Part shown: piece after piece, positions 19,524-27,130 of the stretch
How the letters are laid out: each line of letters opens with the position of its first letter
How positions within the stretch are numbered: the first letter of the stretch is position 1
Assembly: GCA_040388985.1 (NCBI GenBank)
Contig: JAZKAU010000002.1
Coordinates: forward strand, 247,642 to 311,641
Length of the DNA: 64,000 bases
Reading direction: 5' to 3'
DNA from: Patescibacteria group bacterium
GTDB lineage: Bacteria; Patescibacteriota; Minisyncoccia; Phycocordibacterales; Phycocordibacteraceae
Translations under genes and position numbers: made by a program
Notes under the pieces: model-generated
Databases searched by the model: none
What the model was told of the DNA's origin: nothing
Seen by the model: only the letters and a program-made list of their open reading frames with translations

Positions 19524-19946
19524 ATGGATAAAGAGGACCTCAAGGACCAGTATGATCGGTTCCTGGAACAGGTACGTACCGAAGCGAAGGACCTGTATTG
19601 GCTCTTCAACTTCTTCTTCGTCATAGAGAGCGCTCTCCTGATAGCTGCCTTCACCGACAAGCTCAGTCTGGGGTACATGCATCTGGCAGAGGTCACCGGC
19701 TTCCTGCTCTCGCTCTACTGGTTCCTCATCGTGCGGAAGCAGCGACTCTGGAGGAACCACTGGGTGGAGAGGATCCAGACGGTGGAAGAAGAGCTCGGCA
19801 TATCGAGCACGTTCCAGATGTGGCCCGCAAGAAGCCGCACTACTATGAAGGACTTCGTTGCCGGGAGAAGGGGAGTGTGGCGGCTGCTGTTCGTGTTGCC
19901 GGTGGGGTTCGCGGTGTTGTGGGCGGTATTGTTTGTGGGCGGATAG
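19524..19946 (+). CDS. hypothetical membrane protein
   Basis: 140-aa ORF with two or three hydrophobic helices; the start abuts the stop of the giant gene. Confidence 0.5.
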   Translation: MDKEDLKDQYDRFLEQVRTEAKDLYWLFNFFFVIESALLIAAFTDKLSLGYMHLAEVTGFLLSLYWFLIVRKQRLWRNHWVERIQTVEEELGISSTFQMWPARSRTTMKDFVAGRRGVWRLLFVLPVGFAVLWAVLFVGG

Positions 19947-20003
19947 AGATTTTTATACTCAAAGCTGTAAGAACGACTGCCTATTAGATTAAAGAGGTTT
20001 CTC

Positions 20004-21416
20004 TTAAGAATGCGAACGGATGAATGCTCGGAGCTGCTCCGCATCAGCATCTATCCTTATGAATGCATCTTCGGGTAATGAATTCTCAAGACCCATAAAA
20101 CGTTCAGATCGTTCCGTAACGAAGCCAAGCGCTTCTTTAATGGAATCCTCGAACTTTACCGGGAGCGCAGTACTCATGCATATCAGAGGAACACTATCTT
20201 TCTTAGCCCGAATGCCGACTGTTACAGCATCGGCCGTGTGAGTATCGATGACGATGTTCGCCTTCTCGTACACGGAACGAATACTGCCGAGCCTGTCCGT
20301 ATGGGTTGAGACGCCGCTCTCGAATCCTTGACCACACAGGTCGCTCACCGATACGCCGAATTCCTTCAGGTCAACCGACCCGGTAGTTTCGAAGATATGC
20401 ATATACTCGCGAAGCTTTGCGGCGTCCCGTCCTAAAAGATCGAATGCAAATCGCTCATAATTCGACGCCTTCGATATATCCATCGAAGGGCTGGACGTAG
20501 TGCGCGTGGGCGTCTGAGCATAGATTCCGGTATTGAAGAGAGTGTCCAGTACGTTGTTCTCGTTCGTGGCGATGATGAGACGGCGTATCGGCAGGCCCAT
20601 TTGTTTGGCGATATAGCCGGAGAGCGCATTTCCGAAATTACCGCTCGGTATGCAGAAGTCGACCTCGTCACCGATGGCCTGTACTGCCTGCACGTATCCG
20701 GAGAAATAGTAAGGAACCTGCGAGGAGATCCTCCCCCAGTTTATCGAATTGACCGCGCCAAGCTTCTCGAATTCTTTCTCGTTCTTCAGTTTCTTTACCA
20801 GGTCCTGACAATCGTCGAACACGCCCCGCACGGAGATATTGAGGACGTTGCCTCCGGACAACGCCCCCATCTGCGCTTTCTGGAACGGACTCATACCGCG
20901 TTCCGGGGAGAGCATGAATATCGTGACGTGTTCGAGTCCTTTGAATGCCGCTTCGGCGGCGGAACCGGTATCGCCCGATGTGGCGCCGAGGATAATCAGG
21001 TGCTCGTTTCTCTTACTGAGTTCGTAATTCATCTCCTGCCCGAGCATCTGCATCGCCACATCCTTGAACGCTGCCGTCGGACCGAGCGAGAGCTGCTCTA
21101 TGAAGACTCCGTTTCCGATAGTTTGCAAAGGTGCTACGTTCCCGTCTTTGGTGGGTAGAAAAGAAGTATCGCTGTACGCAGCATCGACTAGCGAATGTAG
21201 GACATCGTCAGGAATATCGCCGCCGATTATCTTTTTCTTGATCGTAAACGCGATATCCCGGTACGGTGCACCCCTAAAGCTCGCGATCTCTTCAAGCGAT
21301 ACGTGCGGATAGGATAAGGGGGTAAAAAGCCCTCCATCAGGTGCCAGGCCCGCGAGCAGCACGTCGGTATAGGAATATTCTTTCTGAGATTCGTCGCGCG
21401 TGCTGATGAGTTTCAT
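20004..21416 (-). CDS. thrC: threonine synthase (long/yeast-type)
   Basis: 470 aa. N-terminal LLAGLAPDGGLFTP. PLP-lysine motif GPTAAFKDVAMQ. Gly-rich loop GATSGDTGSAA. Confidence 0.9.
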   Translation of the reverse strand: MKLISTRDESQKEYSYTDVLLAGLAPDGGLFTPLSYPHVSLEEIASFRGAPYRDIAFTIKKKIIGGDIPDDVLHSLVDAAYSDTSFLPTKDGNVAPLQTIGNGVFIEQLSLGPTAAFKDVAMQMLGQEMNYELSKRNEHLIILGATSGDTGSAAEAAFKGLEHVTIFMLSPERGMSPFQKAQMGALSGGNVLNISVRGVFDDCQDLVKKLKNEKEFEKLGAVNSINWGRISSQVPYYFSGYVQAVQAIGDEVDFCIPSGNFGNALSGYIAKQMGLPIRRLIIATNENNVLDTLFNTGIYAQTPTRTTSSPSMDISKASNYERFAFDLLGRDAAKLREYMHIFETTGSVDLKEFGVSVSDLCGQGFESGVSTHTDRLGSIRSVYEKANIVIDTHTADAVTVGIRAKKDSVPLICMSTALPVKFEDSIKEALGFVTERSERFMGLENSLPEDAFIRIDADAEQLRAFIRSHS

Positions 21417-22069
21417 TGCGGAAGATATGACTTGATAATCCTAAGCGTTCCCGTACCGTCTCTATCATAGAGCGCTTCTGCCGGGATGGTTATATGCGCG
21501 AGCGAACGATATCGAGCGAGTCTGTCTGCCAGAAGCTTCGGATAACAGCGCCGAATAGTCTCTATATTCGTCTCACCCTCTTCTGCTACGAAGAAACCGT
21601 TCCATATGACGGGCTTAGGTTCCTTGATGAATCTCTGGAGCATGTTCTCTATCGCATCATCTCCTACATCTAGGTTTACGACGAGGCAGGCATTGATAAG
21701 CCAGTTGCGTGTCTCGCTATCCAGATAAATGACACTTCCCGTTGTATCGAAGACCAGATTCTCTCCATTCGTCTCAAGAAAGTCAATCTTGGTGTTCTTG
21801 GCTTCTGTCGCTAAATACGACGCTTCGCGTTCGGGATACGTTTCCGTATTCGGATATCCGAGCCATGATGATATATCACTCATTTCTTCGAAGCCGAGAT
21901 CCTTCTGTATTTCGCCGTCAACGTCATACCAAAAGAAGTTCTGCTCGTCTCGAAGAATGCGAGACCGATAGCTCTTACCGGCATTCGACATTCCTACAAA
22001 TGCGATTCGGAGTGTTCCGCTCTTTGCGTGTGCTTCAAATTCTTCTTGGTTGAGATTTTCGGTAGTCAT
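21413..22069 (-). CDS. P-loop kinase-like protein translationally coupled to thrC
   Basis: Lower-GC ORF. Walker A FVGMSNAGKS. ATG at 22069 with AAGGA 8-11 nt upstream; the alternative ATG at 22081 has the same AAGGA only 1 nt upstream, so it is less likely. The stop overlaps the thrC start by 4 nt. Confidence 0.6.
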   Translation of the reverse strand: MTTENLNQEEFEAHAKSGTLRIAFVGMSNAGKSYRSRILRDEQNFFWYDVDGEIQKDLGFEEMSDISSWLGYPNTETYPEREASYLATEAKNTKIDFLETNGENLVFDTTGSVIYLDSETRNWLINACLVVNLDVGDDAIENMLQRFIKEPKPVIWNGFFVAEEGETNIETIRRCYPKLLADRLARYRSLAHITIPAEALYDRDGTGTLRIIKSYLPQ

Positions 22070-22297
22070 CGGCAATTCCATCCTTATATGATCATTATAC
22101 CTCGTGTCTTGGAGGGTTCGGCGACGAGTTATCAAGTGTAAATTTGCGGCGTCGTGATTACACAACATCCTGCCAAAATATAGTCGTCTAACGGAGGGAC
22201 TCGGTCACGAGTTACTAAGCTCGAGGACTCGCTAAGTACTCTCGACCCCGCCTCGGCAATAGTCCTCGAAGACTCGAACTTGCTTCGCGCCTCCGGC

Positions 22298-22323
22298 TTT
22301 CGAATCCCTCCGTCTCTCGCAAC
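22298..22323 (+). repeat. partial copy of the tRNA-Ser 3' end (T-arm plus acceptor), opposite in orientation to the full gene
   Basis: TTTCGAATCCCTCCGTCTCTCGCAAC versus the tRNA 3' end GGTTCGAATCCCTCCGTCTCCGCAAC: 18 nt identical, then CGCAAC. Confidence 0.6.
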
Positions 22324-22330
22324 ATGCAAC

Positions 22331-22355
22331 AAAACCGAAGCAGTGCTTCGGTTTT
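22331..22355. terminator. perfect 12-bp palindromic hairpin between the tRNA fragment and tRNA-Ser
   Basis: AAAACCGAAGCA g TGCTTCGGTTTT. Confidence 0.5.
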
Positions 22356-22363
22356 GGCAGTTG

Positions 22364-22450
22364 CGGAGACGGAGGGATTCGAACCCTCGGAGCCTTTTAC
22401 AGCTCGCCTCGTTAGCAGTGAGGTACTTTCGACCACTCAGCCACGTCTCC
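22364..22450 (-). tRNA. tRNA-Ser, anticodon GCU; type II with long variable arm; CCA not encoded
   Basis: The reverse complement reads GGAGACG-TG-GCT-GAGTGGTCGAA-AGT-A-CCTCA-CTGCTAA-CGAGG-[CGAGCTGTAAAAGGCTCC]-GAGGG-TTCGAAT-CCCTC-CGTCTCC-G. The anticodon stem has an A-C mismatch at 31-39. Confidence 0.75.
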
Positions 22451-22513
22451 ATATATATCCAGGCATATCGGGCCGCAGCCCACCTTGATATAGGTAAATT
22501 ATCATTTCAGGAG

Positions 22514-23152
22514 CTAATGCGCGAGTGCGAGGGCCTGCACGTCGGTAGCGCCTGCATTCTTGAGGGCCCGGACGGCCTGCGAGAGGGTAGCGCCGGTGGT
22601 GATGACGTCGTCGAATACTATATAGGTATGTGCTCTGTTGCAGGGTCCTTTCGCTACGAAGGCGCCTTCGACATTGCGAAGCCGGGCGTGGCCGCCGAGA
22701 CTCGTCTGAGGGAGGGTGTCTCGGGTACGTAGCAATGTGTCGGTTGCAAGGTGCAGATGCGCCTCAAGACCTTGAAGTGCTTCGCGCGCGATGCGCTCAG
22801 TCTGATTGTAGCCGCGCTCGCGCAGGCGTGAACTGGAGAGGGGAACAGGAACGAGGACGAAGGAACCGGAAGAGAGATCTCGAAGATCGGCTATAAGATC
22901 GAGAAGATATTCATGAAGAGTACACGCAAGATGAGTCGTTGCCTGCGCATTGCCGTGATATTTGGTCTCGATGATGCAGCTCTGTACCTCACTGTTGCTG
23001 TAGGGAAGAAGTCCGACCGCCGAAAGGTCGCCTAGAGATATGACGCTCGGCGAGAGAAGTTGCGGCAGGGAATCGTCATGCATGGCGCGCACGACGAGTT
23101 CGCTCGGACGGGGCGGAAAGACGATGTCGATAAGCATCTCCACGAGGCGCAT
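22514..23152 (-). CDS. comFC-like: ComF-family phosphoribosyltransferase-domain protein
   Basis: C-terminal PRTase motif YIVFDDVITTGATLSQAVRALKNAGA. ATG at 23152. Confidence 0.7.
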   Translation of the reverse strand: MRLVEMLIDIVFPPRPSELVVRAMHDDSLPQLLSPSVISLGDLSAVGLLPYSNSEVQSCIIETKYHGNAQATTHLACTLHEYLLDLIADLRDLSSGSFVLVPVPLSSSRLRERGYNQTERIAREALQGLEAHLHLATDTLLRTRDTLPQTSLGGHARLRNVEGAFVAKGPCNRAHTYIVFDDVITTGATLSQAVRALKNAGATDVQALALAH

Positions 23153-23177
23153 ATGCTCTACATGATACAATCAATAT

Positions 23178-24263
23178 ATGAGTTTTTTGTCGGGTATCTT
23201 CGGGCATAAGAAATCGAAGAGCGTCATCGGCGTCGATATCGGCTCGTCCTCGCTCAAAGTCGTGCAACTGCGGCGCGATGGCGAGACGGCAGTGCTCGAG
23301 ACCTATGGCGAGCTCTCGCTCGGCCCCTACGCAGGCGGGGAAGTAGGGCAGGCTACGAACCTTCCGGCCGATAAGATCGCGGCTACGCTCGTTGATCTGC
23401 TACGCGAAGCGAGCGTGACGACGAACGATGCCGGCGTCTCCATTCCTTTCTCGCGTTCACTTCTGCGCCTCATCACGCTCCCGCGTCGAGACGATCCGAA
23501 CGAGCAACGTACGATGGTGGAACTCGAAGCGCGCAAGTATATCCCGGTGCCGGTGAGCGAGGTGCAGCTCGACTGGTTCGTAGTGCCCGAGCCTATAGCA
23601 GAAGGGGAAGCGCCATCGGACAAGATGCGCGTACTGCTGGTCGCCGTTCACAACGACGAGCTCAGCCTGCTCCAGGGCGTGGTGGAAGGAGCGAAGCTCG
23701 CCACATCCTTCTACGAGATAGAGATATTCAGCACGATACGCTCGGTAGTGGACGAACCGGTGCGGCCCGTCCTCGTGCTCGACATCGGAGCCTCCGCGAC
23801 CAAGGTCTACGTCGTCGAGCACGGCGTCGTCGCCTTCTCTCATAACATCCCGCAAGGCGGCCAGGACGTGACGCGCAGCATCGCGACTGCCAATGGTCTC
23901 TCCATCAAGCAGGCGGAGATATCGAAGAAGGAACACGGATTCGAGGGCGGTACGATGCCGTATGCCCGCGCGACCATCGAGCTCATATTCTCCCGTATCT
24001 TCGAGGAGACGAAGCGTGTGCTCGCCCAGTTCGAGCTCGGCAGCCAGAAGAGCGTCGCCGCCATCGTGCTTACCGGCGGCGGGGGAGTGACGAAGGAGCT
24101 CGCAACGTATGCGAAGAATTTCTTCTCCATGGAAGTGAAGATAGCCGATCCGTTCGGGAAGGTCGAAGCTCCGGCCTTCATGCGCCCTGTTCTCGCGGAC
24201 ATCGGCCCTGAATTTGCGGTTGCGGTCGGGCTTGCGCTGCGCAAGCTCGAGGAGATCCAGTAG
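23178..24263 (+). CDS. pilM: type IV pilus assembly protein PilM (actin-like ATPase)
   Basis: VIGVDIGSSSLKVVQL N-terminus, ASKHA fold motifs, VLVLDIGASATKVYVV. Confidence 0.85.
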   Translation: MSFLSGIFGHKKSKSVIGVDIGSSSLKVVQLRRDGETAVLETYGELSLGPYAGGEVGQATNLPADKIAATLVDLLREASVTTNDAGVSIPFSRSLLRLITLPRRDDPNEQRTMVELEARKYIPVPVSEVQLDWFVVPEPIAEGEAPSDKMRVLLVAVHNDELSLLQGVVEGAKLATSFYEIEIFSTIRSVVDEPVRPVLVLDIGASATKVYVVEHGVVAFSHNIPQGGQDVTRSIATANGLSIKQAEISKKEHGFEGGTMPYARATIELIFSRIFEETKRVLAQFELGSQKSVAAIVLTGGGGVTKELATYAKNFFSMEVKIADPFGKVEAPAFMRPVLADIGPEFAVAVGLALRKLEEIQ

Positions 24264-24278
24264 GGGTGCCATCTGTGC

Positions 24279-24410
24279 CCGGTGAGCCTACTTTGGCATA
24301 GGAGGCGTATGCACAGCCTCCAATCTCATACGCTTTACATGCACATGGTGAGAGCCTTAGATTCTAGAACCTGCTAACGAATATTGAGCTGTGCGATGCC
24401 AAAGTAGGCT
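24279..24410. repeat. ~130-bp intergenic element bounded by 22-bp inverted repeats, with an internal 6-bp-stem hairpin
   Basis: CCCGGTGAGCCTACTTTGGCAT ... ATGCCAAAGTAGGCTACCGGG (21/22). Internal hairpin GGAGGC gtatgcaca GCCTCC. Lies between pilM and pilN. Confidence 0.55.
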
Positions 24411-24465
24411 ACCGGGTGTGCATAAATAGGAAAAGGATTGTTTCTAGATAGCGTATACTCTATCC

Positions 24466-25212
24466 GTGGCACTCTCTCCCGGCATCCCGACCTCGTTCGT
24501 ACCGAAGCAGCCGGTACAGCCTTCAGCTGGCCGTGCCTTTCGCGGCGGCAATAACCTGTTCTTTCTCGCCTCTCTCGGCGTGCTCGGCATCGTCGCGCTT
24601 ATGTGTGCTGGCGTCTTCATCTATCAGCGCTACCTGGCTGGCACGCTTGCCGCTAAGGAACAGCAGCTCACTGCGGCGCAATCCCACGTGGATCAGAACA
24701 CTATCGAGGATTTCGTCCGTCTGCGCGATCGGCTGAGCAGCGGCAAGGACCTGCTCACCAATCACGTCATGCTCTCGCAATTCTTCGACACGCTCGAGAC
24801 CCTCACGCTCGCCAATGTTCGCTTCAACGACATGAAGCTTATCGTCGCGGGCGATCATACGGCGCAGATAGAGGTCGATGGCACCGCTAAGAATTTCAAT
24901 ACGCTTGCTGCGCAGTCGAACGCCTTCGCTACCGAGAAGCGCATCAAGCGCGCCATCTTCTCGGGTATCACGCTTACGGAAGCGAAGCTCGTGAAATTCA
25001 AGCTCACGGCGGATATCGATCCGCGGCTCGTTATCGCGGGCGCCGCAACCGCAGCGCCTTCGGGAAGCGGCGCAACTACGCTCCCCGCACCTGCAGGCGC
25101 GCTGCCGCAGGCAAGTTCGTCGCCGCTCCTCAAGCCGCAAGCGGTAGCGACTACGACGGCACCGAGGACGGCTGCCACAAGCACGCGCGCAACCACCACC
25201 ACTTCGCTATGA
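24466..25212 (+). CDS. pilN: PilN-like type IV pilus inner-membrane assembly protein
   Basis: Short cytoplasmic N-terminus, a single TM helix, and a periplasmic coiled-coil. Position between pilM and pilO. Confidence 0.55.
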   Translation: MALSPGIPTSFVPKQPVQPSAGRAFRGGNNLFFLASLGVLGIVALMCAGVFIYQRYLAGTLAAKEQQLTAAQSHVDQNTIEDFVRLRDRLSSGKDLLTNHVMLSQFFDTLETLTLANVRFNDMKLIVAGDHTAQIEVDGTAKNFNTLAAQSNAFATEKRIKRAIFSGITLTEAKLVKFKLTADIDPRLVIAGAATAAPSGSGATTLPAPAGALPQASSSPLLKPQAVATTTAPRTAATSTRATTTTSL

Positions 25213-25766
25213 CGTCCCGCCTTCTTCCCATCGGTGCGCTCGTGATCGCTATCGCGCTCTTCTTTCTGTACGTGAAGCCTACCTATACTGGTCCGATACA
25301 GGAGACAAAGACCAAGATCGATAGCTATACCGCGGCTCTCGCTGCAGCCGACAGGTTTTCAGAGAAGGAAGCGCAGCTCACGCAGCAGCGAGCCGCCATA
25401 GCGCCTGACAGCCTCCAGCGTCTGAACGAGTTCCTTCCTGACGGCGTCGATAACGTCCAGCTCATCCTTGACCTCGATGCGCTTGCGGCGCGATCAGGCA
25501 TGACGCTCTCGAACTTCGACATCAAGAATCAGGATCAGACCACCGCCGCGAATCCCGCGACCGGCCTCGCCCTTCAATCGAATACGCCGGTCGACTCCAT
25601 CGACCTCACGTTCTCCGGAGTCGGAACATACAGCGCCTTCCGCGCCCTCCTCGCGGGCATGGAGAACAGCCTGCGTCCGCTCGATGTCGTGAATCTGGGC
25701 GTCGTAGAATCCCAGACCGGCGTCTACACCTACAACATGACCGTACGCATCTATTGGCTTCATTAA
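25209..25766 (+). CDS. pilO: PilO-like type IV pilus assembly protein
   Basis: N-terminal TM helix and coiled-coil. ATGA overlap with pilN. Confidence 0.5.
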   Translation: MTSRLLPIGALVIAIALFFLYVKPTYTGPIQETKTKIDSYTAALAAADRFSEKEAQLTQQRAAIAPDSLQRLNEFLPDGVDNVQLILDLDALAARSGMTLSNFDIKNQDQTTAANPATGLALQSNTPVDSIDLTFSGVGTYSAFRALLAGMENSLRPLDVVNLGVVESQTGVYTYNMTVRIYWLH

Positions 25767-25773
25767 TACCGCC

Positions 25774-26067
25774 ATGAACCTTTCCCGTAACACCATCGTC
25801 CTCATCATCTGCCTCGTCATCGTGCTTGGCGGCGCCTTCTACTATTTCTTCTTCTACAATAGCGGCACTGAACCTGCGCTCACGAGCGACAATACGCCGG
25901 CGAGCGACGCAGAGCTTTCATTCATCGCGCTCGTGAGCAAGCTCGACCCCATCGTCTTCGACACCTCGCTCCTTGCAGACCCCCGCTTCACCACAAGACA
26001 GGATATCCGCACGACGGTGGTTCCTGAGACCAAGGGCAGAACCGATCCCTTCGCTCCTATCCGCTGA
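25774..26067 (+). CDS. small membrane protein (pilus-operon associated)
   Basis: 97-aa ORF with an N-terminal TM helix. Confidence 0.4.
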   Translation: MNLSRNTIVLIICLVIVLGGAFYYFFFYNSGTEPALTSDNTPASDAELSFIALVSKLDPIVFDTSLLADPRFTTRQDIRTTVVPETKGRTDPFAPIR

Positions 26068-26139
26068 GCTTCCTGAAATTCCCCAACCTGCTTTGCCCGC
26101 GCTATCGCTCGAATCCTCACCGTACACCTGAGTACGCCT

Positions 26140-26241
26140 CGGATTCTCACCACAAGGGTACTTCTTATTTCCACTCCCTTCGGTCGTGGAAATAATGTTT
26201 CGCTCTGCTCCGCCTCGCATCTCGGGTTTTTCAGAAACCTC
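26140..26241 (+). repeat. structured intergenic element R1 (candidate ncRNA or MITE); paralogue at 36296-36450
   Basis: Shares blocks CACCACAAGG, GTACTTC, TTCGCT, CTGCTCCGCCTC and ATCTCGGGTTTTTCAGAAACCTC with R2. Hairpin TTATTTCCAC...GTGGAAATAATG covaries with the R2 hairpin. Confidence 0.4.
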
Positions 26242-26310
26242 AGAAAGAAATGGGGGGTAAGTGTCGTTTTCGAATCCTAAAAACATAGTCAGAGTGGTAG
26301 ACTGGAGAGC

Positions 26311-27006
26311 ATGAGTGAAGGAGGCCCCACAGTACTCAGTGCAACCTCAAAACGAATGCTAGGTATCCGTGACTTTGAGCCAATCCCCTTAGACACAAAG
26401 GCAAAACTACTAGGCAGTAACGAACGCATAATGGCGCTTCAGGCTGTAGATACGACAACCATGCCTCGTGGCCCCGTACGTGAGATGAAACGTTCAATTG
26501 TTCTGGAAATTCTGAAGCAAGGACTTCTCTCAACTGAGGTCCTGAGAAATAATCCGATGGTCTATATAGGCTCAGGAACAGATGTCGAATATCCGTTAGC
26601 TCTTGGCGGAAGACATATCATTATGGTTGATCCTGTCTTTGAGCAGCAGCAAGCGATACAAGAAGTCATCGATAGAATCGAGCATCTAATCGCGAAAGGT
26701 ATGGAGAAGGATCGAAATCGGCTAACATTTGATTTTGACTTCGGAGAGGGTAGCGAACAAGTAGTCGTTGAGCTGGTACCTAGTGCCTATGATGCTGACC
26801 TTGGCAGCGAAGGGTACGCCCTGCCTGATGCGATAGGGCACCTAGTCCTATATGCCAGCCAGGGGCCAACCGGTGCTGTATCAATAAGCCAAGAGATGAA
26901 ATCAAAGATAGTAGAGAATGGTGCAATCATTCAGGAAGCCGATATCACAAAAATTGCAAGGAATCGTCAAGAGGAACGTATCAGTCTCGGGAAGAGTCAC
27001 CTATAA
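26311..27006 (+). CDS. hypothetical protein (possible Rossmann/methyltransferase-like fold)
   Basis: Lower-GC 231-aa ORF. VYIGSGTDVEYPLALGGRHIIMVDP resembles SAM-MTase motif I. Confidence 0.5.
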   Translation: MSEGGPTVLSATSKRMLGIRDFEPIPLDTKAKLLGSNERIMALQAVDTTTMPRGPVREMKRSIVLEILKQGLLSTEVLRNNPMVYIGSGTDVEYPLALGGRHIIMVDPVFEQQQAIQEVIDRIEHLIAKGMEKDRNRLTFDFDFGEGSEQVVVELVPSAYDADLGSEGYALPDAIGHLVLYASQGPTGAVSISQEMKSKIVENGAIIQEADITKIARNRQEERISLGKSHL

Positions 27007-27130
27007 GACTTACTTAAGGTGAGGTATACCCACTGCTTGCTCGCATGTGATGTATAAAAGGACGCGCTCTAGTATATGATTACGAGAGCTGGAACTCATT
27101 CGTGCTCAACGATTCCGGCATACTCTTTAC

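Noticed and set aside
22132-22732. ORFs overlapping the tRNA-Ser gene (22132-22452, 22215-22436, 22280-22732)
   Set aside because: They span the tRNA and the repeat region and are not coding.
23457-25140. Long minus-strand ORFs (23457-24272 and 24523-25140) antisense to pilM and pilN
   Set aside because: Shadow ORFs with low-complexity Arg/Ala/Glu composition.
26140-26241. RNase P RNA, SRP RNA or 6S RNA identity for the R1 and R2 elements
   Set aside because: None of the universally conserved RNase P (GGAAAGUCCGG, ACAGNRA) or SRP domain IV motifs were found; the elements are left as unclassified.
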